Source: an uncultured virus (IMG/VR IMGVR_UViG_3300032326_001218)
Taxonomy: Duplodnaviria > Heunggongvirae > Uroviricota > Caudoviricetes
DNA: 64,000 nucleotides
Virus record (IMG/VR): IMGVR_UViG_3300032326_001218
Strand: one strand, 5' to 3'
Positions 29,541 to 39,220 of this stretch are shown in pieces. The notes beneath the pieces are model-generated. The model was not told where the DNA came from, did no database searches, and saw only the letters and a list, made by a program, of their open reading frames with translations. The translations under genes were made by a program, and so were the position numbers. Position 1 is the stretch's first letter, and every line of letters begins with the position of its first letter.

Positions 29541-29706
29541 ACGTAACTGGTAATATATTTTTAGGTAGAGGTTTCTTTGAAGCTTCTACCTTTTCTTTTA
29601 TAAGGGTTTCCACCAACCCATTTATTTTGTATCCTTTCTCTTTACAAAACTCTTTTAAAAGTTGATGTATTTCCGCATCAATTTGAATCATTGCATATCT
29701 TTTCAT
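29530..29706 (-). CDS. small ribbon-helix-helix-like DNA-binding protein (58 aa; not in the ORF track)
   Basis: Manual translation: MKRYAMIQIDAEIHQLLKEFCKEKGYKINGLVETLIKEKVEASKKPLPKNILPVTSRT*. Confidence 0.7.
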   Translation of the reverse strand: MKRYAMIQIDAEIHQLLKEFCKEKGYKINGLVETLIKEKVEASKKPLPKNILPVTSRT

Positions 29707-29710
29707 AACG

Positions 29711-29740
29711 TTTCTTTAGTTTTCTTTAGAATTCTTTATA
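29711..29740. repeat. three 10-bp-period direct repeats (TTCTTTA core), candidate operator
   Basis: TTTCTTTAGT TTTCTTTAGA ATTCTTTATA, immediately upstream of the RHH gene. Confidence 0.5.
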
Positions 29741-29794
29741 TAATTATAATAATAAAAATTTATTAGAATATTTATTTTATATTAATAGAAAAGC

Positions 29795-32700
29795 ATGCCA
29801 TTGATAAAAAAATACGGAGAAGTATTACCACAACCACTTAGTTCATTTGGAACATTTGTTTCTGATACCGATGCGAATTCAACATATTTTAGAATAACTG
29901 AATTAAAAGAAACATTTACAGGAGGTAAAAATGGGTTTTTAATAGAAGGTAGTCCTTTTTTAAAAGAAACAACCGAAATTAAAATACAAATTTTAGATGT
30001 TGAGGGTAATCCTATATATTGGGAACCTGGTAATGGTATTCCTGAATACTATGAGGGTACTTCAAAGATTGTATCGGTACATATTTACGATGATACTCCT
30101 ATTGGAGATGCTACTATTACGATTTTAGGTGAACTTAAAGAATATTTGGATGATGGTAAAGTTGTAAGAGATATTCCGGATGATTGGAAAGGCGTATATA
30201 ATGTTAAGTGGCAAAAAACAATAAAAGTTAATAAACTTTTAGCTAACGAAGATAGAGTTAGATTTTATAGAAGACCTAGAGTAACAATTGATGAATTGGT
30301 AAAACCTTTGTTTTCAACAACGATACCAACAATAGTGCAAACTGGTAGTTTGGATGGTACTGCTATAACTCCACAATCTGGACAAAAGTTAAGTGATTAC
30401 ACATTGCCAACATTATATAGATTAACATTACAGGACAATACAAATTGGACAGGTTCTGTATTAAACACCAGATTATCAATTCCAGGATTAAACTATAATC
30501 CGTTAATTACACAAATAGTTACTAATAAAGAAGTACTAACATCAGACCCATATACGATTAATGGTATCGTAGAAAGTTTTGATAATATAGGATACACCGC
30601 ATCATTTCAGCATCTCGAAGGTACTTCTAATTTAAAAACGGCATTAACTGGCTCATTTGCAAAAATTACAATATCCGATTTAACAACTTTTATTGGTGAT
30701 GTTGTATCGGTTGATGTCTACCGAAAGTCTAGGTCAAAGATTGGCGATTTTGAGTTTGTTCAAAAGGTATTGTTAGAATCAAATGAAATATTAAAAGATT
30801 ATAATACTACTGATAAGAATGAAGAAAATTATGGTATCCTAACCAGTGATATCATTTCAAACTATTGGGTATCATCTTCTAATAATACGGTAGCATTTAA
30901 TCAAAATTATTTGTATAATTCTGCTGAACTAAATGTTGCAAGTGGTGTGGGGTATTTTCATACAACACAATCATTTAGTTTAAATACCGGTGGAGAATAT
31001 ACTTTAGATTTTAATGTAAGAAAAAAATCTATAACATCTGCTGATGACTATATTGAGTTTTACATAAGTGGTTCTACACAGGCATTAAATCCACAAGGAA
31101 GTGCATTCCCTGATATAACAATTCCGTTTCAACAACCAATCATCAAAATTCAGGCAAATAATCAGGTATTACAAAAAGTATTGATATCTGAAAATTTTGA
31201 AGCTCAACAAATTGATAATGCAAAACTTTATGTAGATGTAAAGGGAACTGAATGGTATATTTCGGATATTAGTATTAAAGCATCACAGGAAACATCATTC
31301 TCACCTAACGAATTAACGGTAGTACAATCAGTTCCTAGAAGTTTAGTATCTGAAAGATTTGATTATCTTTTTAAATTTTATGATATAAATGGTAATTACA
31401 TTCCAGTTAATGTAGAAGCATCTAAAGAATTTGATGGTGGAAATATTCAAAGGATTGAAAAAAAGCTAGATTTAAATCCATCATCATTATATTTTCAATT
31501 TGATTCTGGTTCACAACCAGTGCCACCAACAGTCATAACTTTTAATATTGAAAAAACTCTATTAACTGGTTCTGTAAACTTTACATCATCTTCAATAGAT
31601 TTCTTTGGAAACGTTTTATCAGCATCACAATACGTTGGTGGTGTATATCCTGGTTTATTGGATAATATAACTGGAAGTGTTCCATTTTTAACTGTTGGAA
31701 ATTTTACAGGTAGTAGAAATGATATAGATGTTCAATTGATAACATTTACGGGAGAGTGTGAAGGTGTAACCGATACGGTAACTATCACCGCTGTATTAGA
31801 TGGTTTTGGCGGAGTTAATCATATTATTAGACCTTATAGAGGAACTCAAATTAGAAATAGTAGTACCGCATCTTTGGAAATTCAAGCGGTAAGAATTGAT
31901 GGTATAAATGATATTGAACTTTATAGTGGTTCAAGACCAGATAGAGGATGGAATTTAATACAACTTCACGTTTTGAGTAGTTCTTTTAGTGGTTCTACGT
32001 TTGTTGAAAAGTTTGTAAATTTAGAATATGCATCAGCTAGTGGATTTGTTCAGGGATTAACAAAGGGAACATTAGGTACTGGTGAAATTAATTTTAATGC
32101 AACATTTAATAGAGATTCAATAGATAAGAGAAGAACAATTTATTTAATGTCTTCTGCATCAGCTGCATCGGATTGGGCATTTAATACATCGGCATCGGTT
32201 TTAGCATCTCAAATTTTAGAAGATTTGCAAGATGGTTTGGATACACCGGTTGTAACATACAATACTGATACGTTTACAATTAATTTTAGAAATGAAATTG
32301 ATTTTAGACCAGTATCGGCATCTGCTACCGCTTCATTTTATTTAAGAGGTACAAACGAAAATCCAATATCGGCATCTATTTTGGTATATCCATCAATGTC
32401 TATTAATAGAGATTTTGCACCAGAGTATTGGTTGTATTGGGTTAGTCAAAGTAAAGATTCTAATATATCAATTGTAGCGGCAGATGAAAATGGTAGAAGT
32501 TTGCCTGCAAGATTACCATCTTCATTTATTGGAAGTCCTTTATCTCAAAGTAAAGTATTAGTTGCAACATTTACTTATACCGAACCTTATACATTAACGG
32601 AGATTAGTATTGATAAAACATTTACTATTGTACCGGAAGGAAAGCCTGGTGATGAAACTGTAGTATTTGAATTAACTCCATCAAATGTAACATTGAATGC

Positions 32701-35700
32701 AAATGCAAAAGGTGATGTTGCAACATACACTCCGGCAAATACCGAATTAAAATTAAAACAAGGAGCAAGGTATTTATCATTTAGTTCATCAAAAGAACCT
32801 GGTAATTTCTGGTTAAATACAGTAACACAATCAATGATACTGACTGGTTCTGTTGATTTCAACAATACCTCATCGTTATTACTAACCGGAATTAATAATA
32901 TGACTGAGTTAAGTGCAAGTTTAACTTATGACCTATTAATTCATCCGTATTTTACTTCATCAAGATATACACAAAGTTTAGTTCAGAATTTTACTAAAGC
33001 GGTAGATGGTGCACCACCGATTGAGATAATAGTTAATCCACAAAACGCAATATTATCTGCGTTTGAAACTGGATATATAAAGGCATATACACCGGCTAGT
33101 ACATCCATAGAATTAAAAGAAGGAAATGAATATTTGATATACACGAGTTCTCAACAAAGAGGTACTTGGTATTTTCAATCAATTACTGGAAGTAATATAC
33201 AAACGGCATCTATTTCATCTCCAAACTCACCAACGCCAACAAGAATAGGAAATGTAAACTATACAAATTTTTTACCACCTTTTGTATCGGCAAGTGCATT
33301 CTATAATTTAAGAGTATATCCATATTCTTTATTACCGGGACATAGAACTGGTTCGGTTAATTTATTTGCAACACAAAGTTTTACTAAAAATTCAGACGCT
33401 GTAAAGGCAAGAACTGTTAAACTATCAACGAGTACAAATACTGTAAACTTTGATGGTGATACGGTAGTTATTTCACCTGTTGGAGATATAACGTTTACTG
33501 CAACACCAATTAATATAACAAGTTCACAGGCATTTTACCAATGGTTTAAGTACGATCCAGATTCTGCAACATATGGAGATTTGGGTTATGGGATAAGTAC
33601 TACTGACCAAATCAGTATTGGTTCTTCCGATGCAACTTCTGCAGGTGAAACTGCGGTTTTCAGAGTTGAAATGAGAGATGGTTCTGCATCTGATATAATA
33701 CGAGCGGTTGATGAAATTACTATATTTGGTGTAAAAGCTGGAGCGGATTCTTTTACTGCAAACGTAACAAACGAAAATACTTCTATTCAAGTTTCTTTAT
33801 GGGAAACTGCATTCACTGGTAGTGGAACGCAAATTAGAGCATTCAAAGCGGGAATACCTTTGATACATACATCTTCATATGTTTCTTCTCAAGTTGTATA
33901 TTATGAGTATGGACCTAATTCTGGTTTACCAATTGGAAATTTAGGATATTATTCTGCATCCATACATTCAAAATCACCATACATCACCGTAAATCCACAA
34001 AATAGATTATTAGGAAATCCTGCTGAAATAGGAAATGTTTCAGGTTGGGTAGCTCCGGCGGTGAATACTGCGGGAACTGTTGTGTATAAAGTTGATTTTG
34101 AAAATGGTAGAAAATCTGAATTTTACTCACAATCATTCAGTTCTCAAATAACAGCACCTGCACCATATAACGCAACATTAACAAATGAAAACTCATCAAT
34201 TATATATCGCGTATCTGGTGAAATTGAATATAACCTAACACCAACAACTATAAATGTTTATAGAGGTGATGTTGAATTAATCAATACCGGTTCTTTAATT
34301 GCTGGCCAAGAAACTCATACCGATATGTATGGTGAAGCTGGTTGGAAGGAAAAATGTAGAGTAAGTATTTACGCAAAATCTGCACACATTACTTTATCTG
34401 GAAGTTTAACCGCTGGTTCATTTGTAAGTGGTTCTCCCGCGGTTATGGGTGGAATTACTCAATGGTTAAATCCTGAAGTAAATCAAACTGCATTCATAGT
34501 ATATCAGATTGATTGTGAAGGTAGAGATTTTTTATATAAAACACAATCGTTATCAGTTCAATACGAAGGAAATACTGGACCTGGAATTGTGATGCGAGGA
34601 ATTTGGAAAAATGACATAGATTACATTGGTTCAGATATAAGTGGCAATCGTAGAGATGCCGTAATACATCCAGACCCCGCAACAAACGGAAACATAACAC
34701 AATATTATGGTGCAATACAAGAAAGTGGTCCTGGTACCCCTGCAGGTATACAGGCACCAACCGGTACAACAAGTGATAATGCGTATTGGCAGTATTTAGG
34801 AAACGAAGAATTCTTTGTTGCAGCACAAATTGCAATATTCCAAGAATCATATGTTAAAAATACAATCAATGTTGGTACTAAAGATGGTAGTGGTGCATTT
34901 GCAAATATTGTAATTGCAGGGGGAAGACCGGACCCTTATATAGCGATAGGTCAAACCGGTACACAAGGAACTGCTGGTACAAGTGGGACATCATTGATAA
35001 CACCTGGAGTTATTGGATATAATAGACCTGGTGTGTTTTTAGGTTTATATGAAGATGGTACAAATGGTACAACCGGACGTTTCTCAATTAAAACAACCGG
35101 TACATCTGGTAAAGGTATGTTTTGGGATGGAGACCAATTAACAATAGTTGGTAGTATTAGACAAAGACAACCCGGAATACCAGAAGGTTCTTTTAGAGGA
35201 GCTTGGCAAACTGCAACAACGTATTACGAAGATGATACCGTAACATATGGTGGGGCAAGCTATATTTGTGGAGTTTCACATACTTCAACAAATAATACTA
35301 ATATTAATACCGGGTATCCACCAAATGCAACCAATAGTTGGTCAGTATATGCTGCAGCGGGAACATCCGGTGTAAGTGGTACATCCGGTGTAAGTGGTAC
35401 AAACGGAGCGAACGGAGCCGGTGTAGTATATAGGGGTCTTTTTAGCACCAGTACAAACTATTTTCATACAGCTGAAAGGAGAGATATTGTAAAACAAGGT
35501 AGTACCTATTATTTGGTAAATGATACGAGTAAGAATGGACAACTTGGTACAATTTGGGGTAGTCCACCAAATGCAAACTGGACTACATTTGGTGCACAAT
35601 TTAGTTCGGTAGCAACGGATGTATTATTTGCAGTTGAGCAATATGTTGATAAAAGTATTAATATTGGTGCAAAGGGTTCAAATGCACTTATTGTATTAAA

Positions 35701-37246
35701 CGCAAATGAAAGTGGTTCAAATGCAAATCCATACATTTCAATTGGTCAGATAAGTTCTAGTATAGGTCCTGGTAGTTGGGTGACTGAGTCGCAAGTGCAA
35801 GGGTTTAACAATGCCGGTATTTTTATAGGGTATGATACAAATCAGCCAAAAGTATCTTTAAAAGGTACATCCGGTTCATTGGTTTGGAATGGGGAAGATT
35901 TGACTATTCAAGGTTCAATTAACTCAAATGATGGGCAGATTGGTGGATGGACAATCGGAGACGGTTCTATAATATCATCAAATCAAAATATACAATTGTA
36001 TTCAGACCCGTCCGAATCTATTGCTGTATTTGATGATTCTGGAAGTTTGAGATTCTTTGCAAATACGCAATTAACATTACCATCACCAACTGGTGTAACA
36101 TATTCTTCCGCAACTTTACCAACCGTATCAACTTCATCAATACAAACCAATGGAGTTCCAAATGACGGGACATATGTTCCGGGTTCGTATGGACTTATTT
36201 CCTATCAGTATTATATAATACCATCATCTGGAGGTTCATTTACCGCTTTAACATCTGGTCAACATATTATAACTTATACAATGCCATTCAACGGTTCCAG
36301 CTATGCAAGGGCTACTGGTGATGCGGCAGCTGGTATAAACGTAAATTTACAACTAACTACAACAGGCCATGCACCGCAATTTTTTACCGAATTTGTTGGG
36401 CAATCAAATTACGCAACGGCATATGCAAATGGGAGCATACAATCTTTTCAAACTTGGAATGGATTTGGATGGGATACTTCGTATTATCCACAATCAGCAC
36501 AAATGGAGTTATCAGCGACTAAATTTTCATTAATTGCGGATTTACAACAAGGTGTAACATATTATTTAACTTTAAGAGTTGCTGTGCAAAACCAAAGTAT
36601 GGATACGGCATTACCGTTATATCCGCCATTTGGAATTGATTCGGAAGCAGAAACTAGTTTTGTTTTATCTTCTACTGGAACCATAACAATAAAAGCTGTA
36701 TCAGCGGGTACTGTTGTAAACGGTGGTGGTTTCCAAGCCGTTTTAGCAGATGATAAGTATTTAAGAGTAAGAGATGGTATAAGTGGTTCTTATAGTTTCT
36801 CAAATGAAATTACGGGTAGTTTAATGGTGGATAGAGCAATATCCAGATTTAGTAATGGATATGGATACCCACCAGCAGTAAAAGCATTCGGAACAATTAG
36901 ATATAACGGTGGTGGAATTACCGATACTACGAAATATACTATTCTAAATCGTTATAACATTAGTACTTCATTTAGTATAGGGTCATTTAATATTTATGAT
37001 ATCGTATTTACAACCGCATTAGATTCCGATGATTATATTATTCAATTTACAACATCAAATTTAACATACGCTACTCAGGAAGTTGGAAACATAGCTGTAA
37101 TTACCGGGAAAAGTGCCAGTGGATTTTCTTTTAGAATAGAAAGACCTAATCATAATAGTCCTGGTATTGTAACAACATATATTGGTGGTAATCTTGGTGG
37201 ACATCAGTCACCTGAAATTGTTGATTTTGTGGTATTATCAAGATAA
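29795..37246 (+). CDS. very large tail fibre/receptor-binding protein (2483 aa)
   Basis: Repeated Ig-like modules, short G-x-y runs, carbohydrate-binding-like GAW..TYY.DD.VTY.G..Y, tail-fibre motif GQIGGWTI; followed by a chaperone-like gene. Confidence 0.75.
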   Translation: MPLIKKYGEVLPQPLSSFGTFVSDTDANSTYFRITELKETFTGGKNGFLIEGSPFLKETTEIKIQILDVEGNPIYWEPGNGIPEYYEGTSKIVSVHIYDDTPIGDATITILGELKEYLDDGKVVRDIPDDWKGVYNVKWQKTIKVNKLLANEDRVRFYRRPRVTIDELVKPLFSTTIPTIVQTGSLDGTAITPQSGQKLSDYTLPTLYRLTLQDNTNWTGSVLNTRLSIPGLNYNPLITQIVTNKEVLTSDPYTINGIVESFDNIGYTASFQHLEGTSNLKTALTGSFAKITISDLTTFIGDVVSVDVYRKSRSKIGDFEFVQKVLLESNEILKDYNTTDKNEENYGILTSDIISNYWVSSSNNTVAFNQNYLYNSAELNVASGVGYFHTTQSFSLNTGGEYTLDFNVRKKSITSADDYIEFYISGSTQALNPQGSAFPDITIPFQQPIIKIQANNQVLQKVLISENFEAQQIDNAKLYVDVKGTEWYISDISIKASQETSFSPNELTVVQSVPRSLVSERFDYLFKFYDINGNYIPVNVEASKEFDGGNIQRIEKKLDLNPSSLYFQFDSGSQPVPPTVITFNIEKTLLTGSVNFTSSSIDFFGNVLSASQYVGGVYPGLLDNITGSVPFLTVGNFTGSRNDIDVQLITFTGECEGVTDTVTITAVLDGFGGVNHIIRPYRGTQIRNSSTASLEIQAVRIDGINDIELYSGSRPDRGWNLIQLHVLSSSFSGSTFVEKFVNLEYASASGFVQGLTKGTLGTGEINFNATFNRDSIDKRRTIYLMSSASAASDWAFNTSASVLASQILEDLQDGLDTPVVTYNTDTFTINFRNEIDFRPVSASATASFYLRGTNENPISASILVYPSMSINRDFAPEYWLYWVSQSKDSNISIVAADENGRSLPARLPSSFIGSPLSQSKVLVATFTYTEPYTLTEISIDKTFTIVPEGKPGDETVVFELTPSNVTLNANAKGDVATYTPANTELKLKQGARYLSFSSSKEPGNFWLNTVTQSMILTGSVDFNNTSSLLLTGINNMTELSASLTYDLLIHPYFTSSRYTQSLVQNFTKAVDGAPPIEIIVNPQNAILSAFETGYIKAYTPASTSIELKEGNEYLIYTSSQQRGTWYFQSITGSNIQTASISSPNSPTPTRIGNVNYTNFLPPFVSASAFYNLRVYPYSLLPGHRTGSVNLFATQSFTKNSDAVKARTVKLSTSTNTVNFDGDTVVISPVGDITFTATPINITSSQAFYQWFKYDPDSATYGDLGYGISTTDQISIGSSDATSAGETAVFRVEMRDGSASDIIRAVDEITIFGVKAGADSFTANVTNENTSIQVSLWETAFTGSGTQIRAFKAGIPLIHTSSYVSSQVVYYEYGPNSGLPIGNLGYYSASIHSKSPYITVNPQNRLLGNPAEIGNVSGWVAPAVNTAGTVVYKVDFENGRKSEFYSQSFSSQITAPAPYNATLTNENSSIIYRVSGEIEYNLTPTTINVYRGDVELINTGSLIAGQETHTDMYGEAGWKEKCRVSIYAKSAHITLSGSLTAGSFVSGSPAVMGGITQWLNPEVNQTAFIVYQIDCEGRDFLYKTQSLSVQYEGNTGPGIVMRGIWKNDIDYIGSDISGNRRDAVIHPDPATNGNITQYYGAIQESGPGTPAGIQAPTGTTSDNAYWQYLGNEEFFVAAQIAIFQESYVKNTINVGTKDGSGAFANIVIAGGRPDPYIAIGQTGTQGTAGTSGTSLITPGVIGYNRPGVFLGLYEDGTNGTTGRFSIKTTGTSGKGMFWDGDQLTIVGSIRQRQPGIPEGSFRGAWQTATTYYEDDTVTYGGASYICGVSHTSTNNTNINTGYPPNATNSWSVYAAAGTSGVSGTSGVSGTNGANGAGVVYRGLFSTSTNYFHTAERRDIVKQGSTYYLVNDTSKNGQLGTIWGSPPNANWTTFGAQFSSVATDVLFAVEQYVDKSINIGAKGSNALIVLNANESGSNANPYISIGQISSSIGPGSWVTESQVQGFNNAGIFIGYDTNQPKVSLKGTSGSLVWNGEDLTIQGSINSNDGQIGGWTIGDGSIISSNQNIQLYSDPSESIAVFDDSGSLRFFANTQLTLPSPTGVTYSSATLPTVSTSSIQTNGVPNDGTYVPGSYGLISYQYYIIPSSGGSFTALTSGQHIITYTMPFNGSSYARATGDAAAGINVNLQLTTTGHAPQFFTEFVGQSNYATAYANGSIQSFQTWNGFGWDTSYYPQSAQMELSATKFSLIADLQQGVTYYLTLRVAVQNQSMDTALPLYPPFGIDSEAETSFVLSSTGTITIKAVSAGTVVNGGGFQAVLADDKYLRVRDGISGSYSFSNEITGSLMVDRAISRFSNGYGYPPAVKAFGTIRYNGGGITDTTKYTILNRYNISTSFSIGSFNIYDIVFTTALDSDDYIIQFTTSNLTYATQEVGNIAVITGKSASGFSFRIERPNHNSPGIVTTYIGGNLGGHQSPEIVDFVVLSR
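35363..35398 (+). repeat. 18-bp tandem duplication encoding a GTSGVS collagen-like run
   Basis: ACATCCGGTGTAAGTGGT x2. Confidence 0.85.
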
Positions 37247-37261
37247 AAAAATAAATAATTT

Positions 37262-37720
37262 ATGAAACCAAAAATAATTATAAGTGAAAAAAATGGTGAA
37301 ATTAAATGGACATCATCAAATGAAGAAACTATTGATTTTATAATCAAAAATGTAATTCCATTGGATTCAAATTATGTTTTTATGTATGATGATTCTCAAA
37401 TTGATTATCCATTTAATTTTTGTTATGATTTTAATTTTGATGATGAAAACGGTTCAACTGCAATTCCATCTTTAAATTTAGAAAAGGCAAAAGAATTATT
37501 TTTAAATTATGTGAGATACAAAAGGAGTGAATTATTTCCTGATTTAGATTTACAATATATGAGGGTATTGGAAACCGGAAATCAAACATTGATTCAAGAA
37601 ATAGTTACAAAAAAGCAACAATTAAGAGATTTGACAAATATTGATTTTTCAGATATAACAAATTCGGTTCAAATAAGAGAAAAATGGCCAACTGAAATAT
37701 TAGGTCAAATACCTTTTTAA
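37262..37720 (+). CDS. tail fibre assembly chaperone-like protein
   Basis: VRYKRSELF..LD.QYMR...KKQQLRDLT...WP, directly after the fibre gene. Confidence 0.7.
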   Translation: MKPKIIISEKNGEIKWTSSNEETIDFIIKNVIPLDSNYVFMYDDSQIDYPFNFCYDFNFDDENGSTAIPSLNLEKAKELFLNYVRYKRSELFPDLDLQYMRVLETGNQTLIQEIVTKKQQLRDLTNIDFSDITNSVQIREKWPTEILGQIPF

Positions 37721-37730
37721 TTAATAATAA

Positions 37731-39197
37731 ATGCCAACTGTAAACATATATAGAGTAACGTTAGCTAGTAGTACTAGGGGAAATGTGTCTTGGTTAGAGT
37801 GTGAAGGCTTTGCTGGACCATCTATTTTTTTAAGTGAAACTTTAAATTCGGTGGTAATAGAAGCACAACCTGGTAGTATATCAGCGCCAGCTGGTGCAAC
37901 CATAGAACTTTTGCAGGGTGGTAGTAGTGATTGTATGGGCACTAGTGAATTTACACCTACTACAACAACCACAACTACAACTACTACTGCGGCGCCAACT
38001 ACTACAATAGTTCCACCATCTTCATTTAGTTTGGGATATGATGCATCTTCCGCTGCAAATTCTTGTTATGATTTTTATACTACCCCAACAGTTTATTGGT
38101 CATATGGCGGAGTTACATTAACAGAGAGTACAAAACTTTTTACAAATGGTAGCCTAACTACAGTTGCATCAAATGGATATTATTCGGATGGAACAAATTA
38201 TTATATTATAAGTAATGATGGTGTATTAAATGATAAGGGTACTTGTCTTTCCGTTACAACAACTACAACAACCACAACTACAACAACCACAACTACAACA
38301 ACCACAACTACAACAACTACAACTGCAGCTCCAACTACAACAACCGCGGCACCAACAACTACAACTGCGGCTCCAACAACTACAACTGCGGCTCCAACAA
38401 CTGAAGCTCCAACTACAACAACCGCGGCACCAACAACTACAACTGCGGCTCCAACAACTGAAGCTCCAACAACTACAACTGCGGCTCCAACAACTGAAGC
38501 ACCAACAACTACAACTGCGGCTCCAACTACTGAAGCACCAACAACTACAACTGCGGCTCCAACTACAACAACAGCTGCACCATCGTTAGATTGGGATTGT
38601 GTCGGGTCTGTATGTACATATGTGGGACCTGGAGCGGGTATTTATGCATCATATGCGGAATGTGTATCTTATGGATGTGAAACAACAACTACAACAACTC
38701 CTGCACCAACAACTACAACAACCACAACCGCAGGACCATCTTATTTCTATTTTAGCGCTGAATACTGTGGTACTGCTATAAGTGCCGGTGTTGTTAGATT
38801 TACTGTTGACCAGGTAGTTAATAGTGTATTTGAAACTGCTACCGCATATGTTTGTGTAAGATTGACTGGTATTACATTTGGACCTTCATTTGATATTGAT
38901 TTGGGAGATGGTTCTAGTTATGTTGGAAGCGATTGTAGTTCTTGTCCAGCACCACCAACTACTACTACTACATCTGGAGTTGTATATGAATATTGGGATT
39001 ACGAACCTTGTACTGGTGCAGGAGCATATACGGGAGCTCAATATACTTATGAAGCAATTGCGGGAAGTAGTCCTGGTTGCGTATCCTATGCTGGAGAAAC
39101 GTGGTCTGTGGTTGGATTAGGAGCTTATCCTGGACCAAATAATTATGTATTGTTTAATCCTTCTGCAATTGGAGTTAATTGTGCATTGTGTGAATAA
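37731..39197 (+). CDS. mucin-like Thr/Ala/Pro repeat protein with small Cys-containing domains (probably virion-associated)
   Basis: Poly-Thr and TTTAAP/TTEAP arrays alternating with Cys-rich modules; no signal peptide. Confidence 0.75.
   Translation: MPTVNIYRVTLASSTRGNVSWLECEGFAGPSIFLSETLNSVVIEAQPGSISAPAGATIELLQGGSSDCMGTSEFTPTTTTTTTTTTAAPTTTIVPPSSFSLGYDASSAANSCYDFYTTPTVYWSYGGVTLTESTKLFTNGSLTTVASNGYYSDGTNYYIISNDGVLNDKGTCLSVTTTTTTTTTTTTTTTTTTTTTTTAAPTTTTAAPTTTTAAPTTTTAAPTTEAPTTTTAAPTTTTAAPTTEAPTTTTAAPTTEAPTTTTAAPTTEAPTTTTAAPTTTTAAPSLDWDCVGSVCTYVGPGAGIYASYAECVSYGCETTTTTTPAPTTTTTTTAGPSYFYFSAEYCGTAISAGVVRFTVDQVVNSVFETATAYVCVRLTGITFGPSFDIDLGDGSSYVGSDCSSCPAPPTTTTTSGVVYEYWDYEPCTGAGAYTGAQYTYEAIAGSSPGCVSYAGETWSVVGLGAYPGPNNYVLFNPSAIGVNCALCE
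38254..38582 (+). repeat. tandem coding repeats (ACAACT/ACAACC; TTTTAAP and TTEAP units)
   Basis: Directly visible arrays of 9-36 nt units. Confidence 0.9.
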
Positions 39198-39220
39198 AAT
39201 AAAAATTAATTTTAAAGGTT

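Noticed and set aside
38230..39120. Gln/Leu-rich alternative-frame ORFs and a CRISPR-like reading of the repeats
   Set aside because: These are shadows of the Thr-codon arrays. There are no unique spacers between repeats.
29795..39197. Diversity-generating retroelement targeting the fibre
   Set aside because: No reverse transcriptase in the window and no template/variable repeat pair noticed. A self-alignment was not possible, so this is not excluded for the whole genome.
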